64,000 bases of DNA from Podarcis tiliguerta (Eukaryota): assembly GCA_965153285.1 (NCBI GenBank), contig OZ229116.1; one strand, 5' to 3'. Of the stretch, positions 25,201-40,200 are shown in pieces. The translations under genes were made by a program, and so were the position numbers. Positions within the stretch are counted from its first letter, which is position 1, and each line of letters begins with the position of its first letter. The notes below the pieces were generated by a model that saw only the letters and a program-made list of their open reading frames with translations, ran no database searches and was not told the origin of the DNA.

Positions 25201-28200
25201 AAAAGGCTAGTAGCACTAAGCTGGTAGCAGCGATGGATCTGCTAGGTCACACTTAAGACCAGAAGGTGGGAGGTGGAACATTGGAAACACAGTGCTGGTC
25301 TGGTGGCAACCACTACTCTTACCATGGAAACAGATGAGGGGCAAATCACATTACTGATGGAGTAAAAAGCCGGATATTATTAAATGGTTATGTAGGCAGT
25401 TTGTATGTGGGTACATTTTTTAAAGGCATTCTTTGTGTTTTAGAGCTGATGCTGACTGTCCTGATACAACATCAAATTCTAAGGAATCATCTTGTAATGA
25501 TAGCTTACCTCAGGTGCTGTATACTGATCATAGCTTGGGACGATTGACCTTTGTCTCTGCCACTGAAAAAACACTTCAGAATCTAACTCTGTCTAGTCCA
25601 GAGAGATGTCAGGTAAGTAGCTTGTTAGATGCAAAATATTTTTATACACCAAGTTTCAAGTTGTAGTTTGATCTTAGGTACATTTTATGAAGAACTACCT
25701 TCCCAGAAGTATAAAATATTAGTCAAGGATCAGTGTAGTATAGTGGATGGTGTACTAGATTTTGACTTGTATTACCCAAGCTGACATTGTTACACTTTAG
25801 CCAGGACTCTGACTTACTCTGTACAGTGGTACCTCTGGTTACGAACTTAATTTGTTCCGGAGGTCCGTTCTTAAGCTGAAACTGCTCTTATCCTGAGGTG
25901 CTCTTTCGCTAATGTTTCTTGTCCCCTTAAGTACAGTGGAACATACATACAAGGGATTGGATGAGTAATGAGAACTAATTTAATGTTCTGGTCAAAATGC
26001 AGTGTAAGTGGTAGAGTTAACCTCCCCCACTGCCACATTGTAAACTTACCATGTTCATGAACCTGCTGCTCTGGAATTCAGATCAGTGATATGAAAAACA
26101 AAATGGCAAAATCATAGCAAATATTCTTAGGACACTTGTGAACATGAGCTAATATGAATTAATAACACAGTGGGCTATGAAAACTCATTTGTGCAGTGCC
26201 ACAGGAGAGGAGAACCTCTGGCCTGTGGACCAAACTTGACCTGCCAGGCCTCCCCATGTGGCATGCCAGAATGTTTTTCCCAAAGGTATGCCCACCTGCC
26301 CCATAACTGGCATAGTCTGTGATGTCAGGTGTGGGGCAGGTGTAGACAAGCATGGAGGAAGCAGGATTAATCCTCCACGCATTAGCTCTAATCCTAATTT
26401 AGGCATTCCAGCAAGTTCCCACAGGGAATTGTCTAGTACATCCCAAGCCTCTAGAAAGTAGGGTTGAACACTGATACACAAGGAGTTCTGTCCTGCTTGG
26501 GCTGTATTTCCCACGTCCATGGACCAATTTGGCAGGTGGGTGGGACAAGCCACCTGCCAGACACCTGACATCATTATGACATCAGGTGAGTGACAGGTAG
26601 GTGGCCCCACCTATCAAAGTTGACCTTTGGGGAGTGGAAGAAGATAAAGATCTGCTCTGCTGGGTCAAAAATGTTTCCCATCCCTGCCTTGCCTCATGCC
26701 AACTACTATGCTGTACCAGCAGGGCTAGTACTGGTGACACGGCAAATATTGCACCTAACCTTTAGTTGCACATACACACGTGCTCACTTAATACACCTTG
26801 ATACTTCTTAAGAATTACTTTTTGCTTCATTCCTGGGGAAGCAGCCGCCTGGAAGCATCATGAGATTGCTGACTTTATATGAAAAGCTTGCAGTAAATAC
26901 TCACCTTGTACCAGCGTTGTGTGGCTTTTAAAAATTAGCTATGATGAATTTATTTAACATAGTCGTCTGTTTCACACATCACGTTAAGCCCATGCCATGG
27001 TGTGCTGATGAATGCTGCTCAAACTGCACCTGCCTGGAGAGAAACCACACATTGAGCCTTGCACACCATGCTAAGCTTTCACTGTGGTTTTACCTTTGGC
27101 TCAGGAAATGGAGGAGCAGAGTAGGTGATATTTGAGGAGCACGCTGTTCATTCACAGTGAGCCATAGTTTGTTTCTAACTGTGGTTTAGTATAACATGTG
27201 AACAGGGCCAGTAAGTATTGTTTGTGCATTTAAAAGCCTTGTTTTTTTCCATTGAAGAGGATAATCAGTTTAGGCTATAATATTAATTTATTTTGTGAAT
27301 TAATTGTGGTGTTTTGTCTACTTGGTAGGCAAGTATAGTAGGCTCACTTTCTGTGTGTAGAGGCTTTTAATATGTACTAATCATAAGCTTATTACAAATT
27401 ATAAATGCTAATCAAAATTTTAATATCTTCTATTCAGAATAATCGTGCTAGTGGCTGGGGCACAACAATAGTTTGGACCAGCCCAAATTCAGCATTGGAA
27501 GAAGAAACTAAAAAAAACATTGGTTTGCAAAATAACAAACATCCATCACTAAGCAGTGCAAGCACTAGTGCGAGAAACCATAATAAGAAGCTAGAAGTAA
27601 ACAAATCTGCAGATGCTTCCAGCCTACCAGAGCACCAGAAATCAACTGGAGAGCAACCATCAAAGAGCAAAGATCAGTCTGCACAGAAATGTTCAAATAG
27701 TAATGAACTGGGAAATGTTGAAGTACCAGTAACAGAGCATGGGTATACAACCACAGCACATGGACCAGGCTTAGACTCTCAGAAAGATGTGCCTGCTCAT
27801 GACGGTTTAGGTGCCTGTATTTCATTAAGTCAAAATAGAGCAAACTTTAAATCACATGTTCCTGCTTCAGAAATTCCAGCCATATCTTCTCAAGTTCCAA
27901 CACTGCTAACAGGGTTTTCCCTTAGAGCAACACCATTTGCCCAACAATATCTGAGAAGCTTGCCATCTCAAACAAATATGGCTCTGACTCAGTATCAAGT
28001 TGGATGTCCTCCAGTTTTTGGTGTTCCACCAGGACTGATTTATTCTACCATCCCCGTGGGTCATGTTCCGAGCTCACTCACTGCTGGAATGACACCAGGT
28101 TCAGAAGTTGGATCTGGAATGTTGGGTGCAGCTCCACAGTGCAACTTCATATCCAGCCAGAATGTCTTTAGTAGCGCTGCACATACAGTACAAGTAGCTG

Positions 28201-31200
28201 ATGCTGGTGGACCTAGACAGCTGGAGGAATCTGTGCCATTTGGACTTGGTAGGTTATTTGTTTCTCTTCCAGCAACCTTATCTAATTCCTTTGTGGTCAG
28301 GAAGACATTTACTTGGACTCTTGGTCATTCTTTTATACAGTGGTGCCTCGCAAGACGAAATTAATTCGTTCTGCGAGTTTTTTCGTTCTACGAGTTTTTT
28401 CATCTTGCGAAGCACCAATGTGTATTGACGGTTTCCCATAGGAATGCATTGGCGGTTTTTAAAAAAAGGCGCAAGACGTTTCATCTTGCGAAGCAAGCCC
28501 ATAGGGAAATCCGTCTTGCGAAGCATCCCAGAAAACGAAAAACTCTTTCGTCTTGCGAGTTTTTCGTCTTCCGAGGCATTTGTCTTACGAGGTACCACTG
28601 TATATTTAATTTTTAAATGAGCATCATTTACTATCTTTATTTGTTCATTATATGTAAAGCAGCCAGTGAGCAATTTTTTATCCTGCTCCCTTTGTCTGCT
28701 CCAAGAAGTTGATAAATCATTCAGAGCAGATTTGAAGGGAGAAATCCTGTTGCATGAGCAAGAACTCTGCCTGCAGGCTGTTGCATAAAATCCATTTTAT
28801 CCAACAGTTGGATAAAATACATTTTAGCCCTGTTTTATGTTGTCCAAAATTTGCAGCTGAAACAATTTATTGGTTATTTTCTCTTTCCTAGAACGTGTAA
28901 AAGTCCCAGAAGAAGTAACGTTCCTCAATGCTTGTTGTGTGGGGCTGACATCACACACAGTCCTTAGTATTCTTAACCCATCTGAACGGTGGCTCCAGGT
29001 CAGCATCGGCCTTCTTAGTATTATGCTTGATGGGGAAAAGGTATGTACCAAATCTTGATATGTATTATGCATCTTCTAATATTTTACTTTTTTTCTCTAG
29101 TGAAGTAAACCATGTTTTAAACTAGAGATGGCGGCCTGCTTGCCAGCCCCCCCCCCCCCAAAAGGGCTAGAAAATTATTAACTTGAAATTTGGTTAAAGC
29201 TCTGTACTTTTTAATATCATTCAACCATAAACTATGATGGACTTCAATACTCTTCCTCCTATTGATAGCAATCCCTGTTTTTCAAACACAAAAGTCATTG
29301 TGATGAAACTTTCATACCTACGTTCCATTTCAAAAGTATTCACCAATGTACCATGGGGAAGGGGGGCAGCACAGCAGTAGAAAGGAACGCAGAACCTTTA
29401 AATGCCATCCTAATTTTTTGCATCTATTTTACACCTCTCTATTGAGAATTGCTGGCTTTGTCCTGAACTTCTGATTGTGTGTGTGCTTCTTTTTTTGCAG
29501 ATGGACCCTCTGAAGCACAGGTGCTTCCTGTTTAAAAACAAAACTGTCATAGGACCTCGTACTACAGAAGATCTAAAAATGCTCTTTCTACCCTGTCAAG
29601 CAGGAGTCTTTCAGTGTGTGCTTAGTCTTGCCTCTTGGCCATTTACTGCAGATGCAGATACAATAGTCCAGGCACAGGCCTTAGCAGCTAGAGTGATTGT
29701 GAATGCAGTTGCTGAGATTCCCGATATTGAGGTAAAAATCCATGAGAGTGCATAATGCATAGTTCTGATAAATACATAGTTAGGGAAGGGGTATGTTATC
29801 AGCTGTATCATTCCACAAATCGTTTCCTGAGTTCCAAATGACAATACTGAGTCTTGAAACTTAATTATTTCACCACACTATAAAAAATAGTCAGACTTTC
29901 ACTAATTTTACTATACGATAAATGGTCTCTCCAAATCTACCAAAATTTGTTAGTTATCAATGTATATCAGGATGTACATGTTCATCCTGAGGGCTGCAGT
30001 CTTCCAGAGGCCAAAGTATGGATGGACCTCTGTACAGTAGGTACGTTTCTGTCCACAGTCACACACTCCTTTGTATTCCCCATCCTGGCAAGCAAGAGGC
30101 ATTATCAGAATTCAAGAGTACATTCCAGCCAGGGAAAAAATATTTAAGAAGGGTATAAAGTTGGGCCAAAGAGGTGGTGTGACTTGGGGCGAGTCCTGAG
30201 TGCCAGACAGAGAGAGGTGGGGGCCACATTTGGCACTTAGGTCCAAGTTTTCCCCATCCCGATGTACACGATGAGTAATTTTTAATAACTTCAGATGTTG
30301 GTGAAACTTTTTTGTTTCTTTGTTTTGGCTAATCTGTAATAGTAACAGTAAGAGGCGGTGGTCAGAATGCTTCTCCAGGAGGGGGCACAGCTAGAATCTC
30401 TTGTCTAGTTATCTTTTAGTGACACCTGTTTGCTTCTTCATACAAATAAATATGACTTTGTGTGCCTCAGTTCTTAAATGTATTATTTCCCTCCCCCTTT
30501 TTCTAATATTAGGTGGAAGCAGGAACGACAAACCATCTTGACTTTGGTGATATGCCATCTGGCAGCTGGAAAGCTCTTCCACTGAAACTAACAAACAAGA
30601 CATGTGCTAGAGTGCCAGTCAGACTTGTTATTTATGCAGTAAGTATTCATTCATTTAAACTTATATACAAGCTTTTATCCATTGTTTGCAACACAAAATA
30701 CTTCACAAAAACAAGAACAAAAAAAATGCACAAACCATCAACCCCCTCCCAGTATAGGAACTTGCATAGTGATCTCTTGAGAAGCAACAACTTGTAAGTG
30801 ACTGCTACATTGGTTCCACAGTATGGGTAACCAGCAGCTTGGTTTCACTCCCAGATAAGCAGAGAGCCAATGGTAACGGATTACCCTTGTTGCAGTGTGT
30901 TGATATCACCTGAGATATTTTCTTTGCATCCTGACATGTTTCTCTACAATGGGAATGTTGGTTGTGTAGCAGCATTTCATTATGCTATTCCCACAACAGC
31001 TGTCAGAAGCAGATGTTCTAAGAAGCTGAAGCAGAGGGATTGCAACTGATGAACCTTATTGCATGGCAATACAGTTGTGAGGCTGACTGCACTGTAGTTT
31101 TGACTTCCATTGATTTAGTAAAGTAAATCCTTGCTCTATTTCTGGAGGTCTACTTCAACCTGCAGATGTTTCATTAAAGCGGTTGAAATATCCACTTCTG

Positions 31201-34200
31201 CCCTTGTCTCTTCTGCCTGTGAAACCGTTGACCAGGTCACTTTCTTCCTAACTGTCCAATCACTCATTCGATCTTTCTGGCAAGGAAAGCTTTCCCAATA
31301 CTTCTCCCAGATCAGCACCCTCAATTATCTATTTTTTGTTCCATCCTATATTCATCCTCCCTTCCTTCTGGCTTTCTAAGTGTATGTACATAATGTAACA
31401 TAGTTATTTACCTTCTTGACCAAGGAAAGTCTTGACTTTCTTGGATTCCTCTTTCTACTCTTCATCTCCATGTCATGTTGCTACTCCTTGTCTAACTTTG
31501 CTAAATACAGCACGCTTATTTTCTGCCCCTTAATGTAAACTCCAGTTGCCACCTACCATTACTGCAGCCTTTTCTTTTTCTGGCTTGCAGTTCCCCCCAA
31601 CCCCCAGCTTTCCAGAACTTGGCTAACAAAATAATTTATGGCCCCTCAGACTGCATAGCACCTCTCCCTAAACTCTTACATTGGGATCCTATCAACTCCT
31701 GGATGCAGCACAAACTCCTCATTGCTGCCTTACACAGCTGCACCCCCTCTAATTATCCACTCCTTATAGCTCAATGCGTTTGTGACATGTTCTTTAGCTG
31801 TTTCAAAGATCTCTTGCTCGCTCAACTTGGAATACTGGAAGCATCCATATATCAAGTCCATAGGAGCCATTTAGTATTGCCTATAGTGGCGGCAACAATT
31901 CGGGGTTACCTTGAGATTTCGGGAGACTGAAATTAGACGTTTTTGCATGCAAAACACGTTCTCTGTTACTGAGCTACAGCCCTTTTTTCAGTCAAAGGTT
32001 TATTTAATCTGGCTTCTAAAAGGCATCTATTCTGCTCAGCGCCCCATATGCTTGGAGTGCTCTCCCAGAACCCGTGTGGTACCACCTCTTGCTTGAAAAT
32101 TTTATTCAGTTGGCAAAACAGCAGGGCTCTATTTAGCATATCCTGACAACAGTCAATAACCTGAAATGCTAGATAATTTAGAGGATGGCAGTCATGTTCT
32201 GCTTTTAAAATGTAAAAAACATCTTTATTACAGAATGCTGTAGCATGGCGGTGTTTCACATTTTCTAAGGAACCAGTTAACACTTCTGTTAGTTTGCTCC
32301 CTACTTGTGACATTTCCCAGCGAGCAGCTCCGTCGGTGATATCCCATGTAATGAATGCAAGAAGTGATGGGCAAGTAAGTCACTATAAACCAAAGGAATA
32401 TAGTTGAATTAACCAAAACAGTATTTATCCTTAAATGCTTAGCTGAAACTTTGCTTTTAGTAACAGAGTTTTTATTTGGGAAGTATTTGCCTAAGATCCA
32501 GGACAAAGCACCACCTTTCAAAAATTCCCCCGTATGTCAATTCTGCCTTTGAAATCCCGGTAGTTTCTGGGAAAATCTGGACGTATGGCAGCCCTAGTAT
32601 TGGGGACATCTGTCTTTCACTTAAATTGGTGGTGCACTTTTCTTTGCCAGTCATAATCAGTTGTGTTCAGGTGAGCACAGAACCATTCACACCACAAAAG
32701 AGCCCTTCTCTCTTCCTACTGTATCTGTAGTTTAGGGTAGTAAAGACTTAAAGCCATGGTCTTTAAAAATATAATTCTGTGTGAAGATTGTAGCTGATCA
32801 ATGTTTCAACCATAATCAGTTCTTAAAGTTAAAAATGTTTCATTCTACACAAATGTCTTTCTTTCCAGGATCCTGATGTTCTAGTAGTGTGGGTTCAGTT
32901 CCATGCACCGAGCAAATGCATCACTTCAGGTATAGATCTTGCTATCTTATGAAATTGATGTACAGTGGTACCTTGGTTGTCAAACATAGTCTGTTCCGGA
33001 GTCCATTGGACTCCTGGAATCGTTCAAAAACCAAGGCGCGGCTTCCAATTGGCTGCAGGAGATTCCTGCACTCAATCGGATGCCGCAGAAGCTGCGTTGG
33101 AAGTTCGGCTTCCAAAACACGTTCACAAACTGGAACACTCACTTCTGGGTTTGCAGCGTTTGGCAGCCAAGCCGTTTGACAACCAAGGTACCACTGTATT
33201 AGGAATCTGTGTTAGTCCAGCAGACCCGAATTCTGCTTGAAATAATATTCATGATCCCAACCTATATTCAAAATCTAGTATGCAGAGCTTTTGCTACTCA
33301 GAACTTTCAATCCTCTTCACAGTTTGATTTTTTTCTAGATTTAAATGAACAAAGTATCATGTAAATAAGGCTCATGTGTTTGGAGACCCAGGCAGAAAAG
33401 AGCCAAAATAGTATTTATCATTAAATGCTTAGCTGAAAGTTTGCTTTTAGTAACAGAGTTACACCTGCTTAGCAAATTAAGGTCTGTGATATTTGATATC
33501 ATGCCATGTGATGAATAGCTCTCACATTAGATATTCAAGAAGCATTAAAATGTTTGAACCTGTGCATAAACGTTAACATACCAAATCTCTGTTTGCAGAT
33601 TTGCATACTTAGGTCTGCAAGTGCTGACTCGCGTCATATCTAGGTTAAAGAAGGCAATGTGCTAGGACTTCAAGTTTCATGGACTTTCTGGGCTAGGCAG
33701 TAATGGGCAAGCATTTATGAAATGTATATAAGCATGTGCCATAAGCTGTGCTGTCCCTTGCATTCATTGTAATGCATGCCTTTTAATGTGAGGCATGTCA
33801 AGCATGCATTAAGCTTTGTAGAAAGGCTGGTCCATTTTACGTTGAGTCACTATCTTTTGTTGAGGCTGGAAGCCAAAAATGTATCACTTCAACCAGTTGT
33901 ATGATGTACTCTGCATGCTGAAACACCTTTGAGGGATGCAGAAGCTCTGCTTCAACATACCTTTTAGGATGTACTTCATTATTGCTGTTTCCATTCATTT
34001 GCTGCTTTGAAGGCCAGTTGTAGCACTAAAACATTTTGAAATGGAGAGCCTTGCTTAAACAGACCAATATTGATGTAAAATACTACCATAGCACCAGACA
34101 CGTTCTAATTTGACATCACAGTTGGGTGGTTAAATGTTGATAATACTGTACTTGGTGTCAAAACTCATTCTAGAACAAATCATAACATTTTACACTTGAT

Positions 34201-37200
34201 CAATCTTATTCTTTGCACTTACTTTATTCAGATTCTTTGGGCCCTGCAGATGAGTATTTTGCAAGAATTGATGTGGAGGTTGATTGTCCAGAGCCTGCTA
34301 AAATTTTAAGTATACCTCTGCATGCAAGATCTGGAACTCCTAGGATATATGCTCCAAAAGGCCTACAGGTACATTTCCCCAAACCATCTTTTGTGATACA
34401 GCTTATTTCTTTCTATATTTCACTTCTAACTATCACTTGAAACCTATTTTTTCTAGACTTTATATATGTCTGCGAGAATGGGATTATCAACAAGGCAGCA
34501 GTTGCCATTAAAGAACGCCGGGAATATTAAAGTTGACTTGAAAATCCTGGTAGGTTACCTTACTATTCCAAGAAATAGTTTTGAAATTACTGTCAACCAA
34601 ATCAGTCAAACTTAATCAGTACATATTAGAAAGAGAGTCCAATTCACTCTTTCCTGGCAAAAATTTTAAAGCGCAAATTGATATTGCAGTCTTACAAACA
34701 ATTTCAGAGGGGGTCATTGTTCCCATCTTGGTTTTGTCAGCTGGACTTAGTCAACTGGACTCACCCACAGTGGAAAGTGGAGTACAGGGCCTAATCCCCT
34801 GCTGCCTGCTTCTGAGACAAGAGAAATAATAGACACCGTTTCCATGTTGCTGCTATGCTGGGCAGAAGGAAGACAGCTGCTCAAGTAGTTCTGGCATAGC
34901 ATCATCTACTTATGTGTGTAGGGGGCTGGGTTAGTAATGTGATTTTATTTCTAAAGCCACATGGTGGGCCACTACGAAGCTCTTGCACTATGTGGATGCT
35001 ACATAACCCTCGGCACATCCTGGTGAGAATCTCAGCATTCCTGCTAAGATCCTCCCTGTGAGGTGGTTGTTGTTTAGTTGTTTAGTTGTGTCCAACTCTT
35101 TGTGACCCCATGGACCATTGCACGCCAGGCACTCCTGTCTTCCACTGCCTCCTGCAAATCATGGCAACTATGCATGTATTTTAACTGATATCCATGAAGT
35201 GGTTTAGAGTCAGCATTTGAATTTAGCTCAGAAACTATAACTGATCAGAACAGAATAATTGCCATATAATTTGATCTAACTAAGGACTTTGGTTACAACA
35301 CTGTAATTCACTTTTGCACCACTTGGAGCTTCTAAATTTTAAAGGCAGCTCCGTGAAGGGTAGCTTATGTGTTGTAATTTGGATACAACTAGGGCATTCT
35401 TGTATGGAGCAAAATTCAGTTTCTCTAGGAAATATCATATCTTGTGTAGCAGCCAGTGGAGACGAAGAGTGTTCCTGGCTACCATTGTCACCTGAGGATC
35501 AAAGGATGACGCCTTGAAGTAACACTATTCATTTCCAGGCACTTGAGCCAGATAGTGGCATTTCTGTCAATCCAGAGGACCTGGTTCTTATACCTGGGGA
35601 AGAACAAGAAGTGACAGTTGTGTTTTCTCCAAAGGACTATAGAAATGCTGAAAGGTAATGCATCCTAATTGGCCCAATGATATTAAGTAGAAATTCTTTT
35701 TACAGGACTTCTAACTTGATGCTTTATTTTAATAGTGTTTTAAAAATCTTGGTACTGCCATCTGGGCCAGAATATAAAGTGACTGTAAAAGGCGAAGTGA
35801 CTGCGGTGGAGAGCAAACCTTTGGTACAGAAATACCCCAGTTCAGAAGTTCCCCCCATCCTAGCTAACAAGCAGTTTCTGACATGGGGAGGTATACAGCT
35901 TGGCAGAACAGTGTAAGTACCAAGAAAAAAGGATATGCAGTGCATGATTGCTGGTGGTACATAAAGCGTGAATCAATTTTTCATTCAGGAGTATAAAAAA
36001 CAGGCAACTCCCATTTTGTGTGCATTGAAAGCATGCACCATTTTCAGACCCAGAAGAGATTGGGGTGGGCTTATGCACGCTCTGCCAACACACTCGATGA
36101 CCTAGAATGCAACCCCCATTCAAATCAGGGTTGCCGGCAATGCATTGTTCAAACATGGTGATGCTCGGATCCAGGGAGTTCTTGCATAAGCAGAACTGTC
36201 TTTGCCATGTCCACAGTCAGTCAGGTTTGCTGATATCCCTTACTATTCCAAATGACCACCAGAAGCAGCATTTAGGGATGTGTGAGAGACTACAGTGTCA
36301 CTGTCTTGTCCTTACCAAGCTTCAGTATATTGGTCTTCATCCAGTACATTCCTGGATCCAGTACAGTACCACTGTAAATAGATAAAATACCTGGCAGCTG
36401 GCAACTCTTTTTAAAAGAAAGAAAAAAGCGACCCCTTAATGGCACACAAAATTTACTGTTGGATATGCCTGCCTTCTCAGCATTGTACCCTTTGCTGTAC
36501 ATTTAGAAGCAAGCACATGCTGTGCATAAATAGCCAAAACTTTAGACTGTTGATAAGGTTCTAAATATGTCTTATTATGGAAAATAACACTATTATAACT
36601 CAGTAAAATCACAGGTGTACAGCTAGACCAACTAACTCTTCACCAGATCACCTTGGATTTACCATGCTGTAATTCTTGGTGGATTATCAGGGCAACTGTT
36701 CATATATATATAAGCAAATTACTATGAAATGTTAAAATTTCTATATTTTTTCAGCCAGCAGAAGCTAATCCTGAGAAATAACTCTCCATCTATTACTCAG
36801 CAGTTAAGATTGCTGATAAGGGGTCAAGATCAGGACTGTTTTCAAGTAAGTAATGCAAAACTGAAACTGTTTATATAAGTTCAGATTCAAATATACTTGG
36901 TATTTGAAACTGAAGCTAGGTTTTATTTTAATCTTCTCACTGAAATAAGCCTTCAAATGGTATATTCTTAGCCTGCCATCCTGTACACAGTTACCTCAGA
37001 GTGAATCTCATCAAATTCAGTTGGACTTTATCAGCACATACAGGAGAGTACAGTGGATATGATTTCAAATTTTAAATTTCTGAAATGTTGGTTTTGTTAT
37101 GCCAGTGTCCCTCTTACAGCAGTGCTTGCTGCTAGTTTTGTTGTATCAGACTTAAGAATCTTGAATTTTTCTTTAACATACTCTACATTTCACAGAGCAA

Positions 37201-40200
37201 TGTTATAGTGGAAAATATTCAGTGGCTTTTAAAACCACAAATTTGAAACAAAATGACCGAATATAAGATTCTTATAACTAGGGATGGAGAACAGGATGAG
37301 GCCATCATCCTAATTTCATGTGGGTGGGTAGGGGATCCCAAAGGGAGAGAAGGAAGTGCAAAGAAAGTTAGAGAGGGTGCCAATTTGAATGGAGCCATCA
37401 GTTCAGCCATTTACACGTTTTTCCTGTACTGAGATTTATCTCTGTGCATGGAAAACATTGCAAAATAGTAATGAATAAAAAACACTTGTTCTTACTGTGT
37501 CAGCATTTCCATAGAGTGGCATACCTCAGAGGTCATAGAATTATGGGAGCAAATTATTTGGGTTTAAACTGTTCATTAAAATCTTAACTCTTCTAAATTA
37601 ATTTTCTGAATTAAAGTAATTTGCTGTGTGGATTTTCTTGTGTATTTGCAGTTGAAACTTGGAGAACATGTGTACAATAATTGTGAAATCAAGATCCGAC
37701 CAAAACATGATTATTCTGTCTGTCTAATGTTTACACCAACTCGATTAACCTGTATGTATGCAAAGCTTGAAATGAAACAGCTTGGTCTTCTATCTCAACT
37801 AGGAATCAAGTTCACTGTAAGTTACTTTTTACACTGATCCTATTTCATGGGATGTTTCTGAATTTATTACCGTATTTTTCACCCTATAGGGCGCACCGGT
37901 CCATAGGGCGCACCTAGTTTTTTTGGGTGGGGGGGAATAAAGAAAAAATATTTTATCCCCCCCCCCCCCCGGCACAGGGCTGGGGAAGCCCAAGCTTCCC
38001 CCGACCCCAGCCCCCAGAACAGGCTGCTATCCGCAAGCCTAGGGAGGGAGTTCCCGCCGGGCTCCCAAGGCTTGCGGAGAGCTGCCCGAAGGCCGGGGTG
38101 CACAGCGCCACGCTCCCTGGGCTTCGGGCTGCAGGCAGCTGTGCGCAAGCCTGCGGAGCCTGGCAGGAACTCCCGCCGTGTTCCCAAGGCTTACGGATAG
38201 CTTCCTGAAGTCTGGAGAGCGCGAGGGGTTGGTGCGCACCGACCCCCCTCGCTCTCCAGGCTTCAGCGAAAGCCTGCATTTGCACCATAGGACACACACA
38301 CATTTCCCCTTCATTTTTGGAGGGGAAAAGTGTGTCCTATAGGGCGGAAAATACGGTATGTTCATTTTTGCAGTAAGTCCTTCAGGACGTTTTGAAGTAT
38401 CTTCACACTTTCTGACAGTAAGCCAGAAAAGAAACTGACCACTATAACCTCCTTGGATTTTATTATTTTACTCCAGTAGTTTTCTTGATATTAAGAGAGA
38501 TACAGAGTCTCTCCACATCTCAGTAACTCCCTTGCCTTGCACTTTGGATATCTTTTTCTTCATGTTCTGGGCCTTTCAGTGTCTTAAGTCAGGGGTAACC
38601 AACCTGGTCCCCGTCCCCCCCGATTTTGTTGTACTCTGTGGGTGGTGCTGTGGTCTAAACTATTGAGCCTCTGGGGCTTGCCGATCAGAAGGTCGGCAGT
38701 TTGAATCCCCATGACGGAGTGAGCTCCTGTTGCTCTGTCCCAGCTCCTGCCAACCTAGCAGTTCAAAAGCATGTCAGTAGCTCCCAAAGAAGCTTGCTTT
38801 TCTCACTTTTCTCAGTGGTGAAGGTGAGGGATGCCTTTGTGAAGATCCATTTCAGGGCACCATGAAATAGCTGTTCCCAACACAGCCAACTTCCTTCAAC
38901 TTGCATCTTCCTGCCTGTTAAGATCCTGTTACTCGTACCATCAGAAACCAGTCATTATTTTGCTTACTTAAGCTACTTTTACCCTGCTTTCCCATCCTTT
39001 GGTCTTTAGGGTGTGCTGCATATGAATATTTTAAAGAATTTTAGAATTCTTTGATTGTTTTGAACATTAAAGTTGGGGATAATGAAACTGGGAGCAAGGT
39101 TATTTCAATTCTGGTTTTTCTAAATGTACGTTTTTCTTTCTTTCAGATACCATTGTATGGATATGGAGGAAATAGCAATCTGAGATTAGAAGATGTTAAA
39201 AAACACTGTAATAGATACATAGTGGGGCTGAATGATATTGCGGGGCTGAATGGTAAAACAAGACAGGCTTCTTTTTCTGTACAAAATACAGGGAGTCGGG
39301 CTGCGTACGTGAAAGCACTGTGCTTTAAGAACTCGAGTGAAATAATTGTTATGGATCCAAATGTGATGAGAGTTTCTCCAGAAAAGTTTGTTCTTCAGGA
39401 AAGTTCACAGCAGGTAATGTGAAAGCCACAATATATATATTACGCAAGGCCTATAAAATGTGTAAGCTGTTAACATTCCCCCCACCCACCCAAATATGTG
39501 CCATAAAATCTTGCTTTGTGTTTGTGAATCTTACATATAATTCAAACATTGTGCCACAAATTAATTTACCAAAATTTGACTGTTTCCTCTCAGAAAGTTA
39601 CAGTAACATTTAATTCAACTGAAGATCAAAGTAATTCACCAGTGTTGTCTACAATTTGTTTTGTCTATGGAGATGAAATTTTGAGACAGCAGTATCGCAG
39701 GTAAGGCTAAATGTTTTTTGAGAAATAACAAGTATATTCATTACTATCTGTTGTTAAGAAATAAGAAGCAGATGGTTAGAATGGATATTTAAAGAATAAA
39801 AGTTTGTTTTGATATTGGCTGTTAAATATTAGTACAGAGCTTTTCAAACTGTGTGTCGTGACACATTGGTGTGTTTGCTATGTCATGCAAACGCTCCCCA
39901 CACTCCTCCCGGGGCTGGAAAAGGGGTTAGTTTAACCTCCAGTTGCTAGTAAAACTGAATTACTGTGTCGTGAAAGGATGCATGTCTAAAATGAGTGTCA
40001 CCAACATGGAAAGTTTGGAAAACTCTGTATTAGTGGTTATTAAATAACAGCCAACTCTGTCTGTGTTCAAAGATCAACAGTCACTGGTATCAAGAACAGG
40101 AACAAGTTCACTTTTTTGACTATAAAATCCCTTATTGTAAAATACGTTTGCAGAAGGTTTGGCAAAGACTGGAATATGCAGCTGTATTGCTTCATTTTCT

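Noticed and set aside
27405-28364. 319-aa ORF as a stand-alone gene
   Set aside because: It is CEP192 coding exon 20 plus intronic run-on at both ends.
28338-28600. CRISPR-like repeat array (gtcttgcga-type units)
   Set aside because: Eukaryotic context; short, irregular units inside TIRs are subterminal MITE repeats.
37879-38365. ORFs as possible transposase or captured gene
   Set aside because: Inside a 487-bp MITE; no DDE or HTH-like motif visible.
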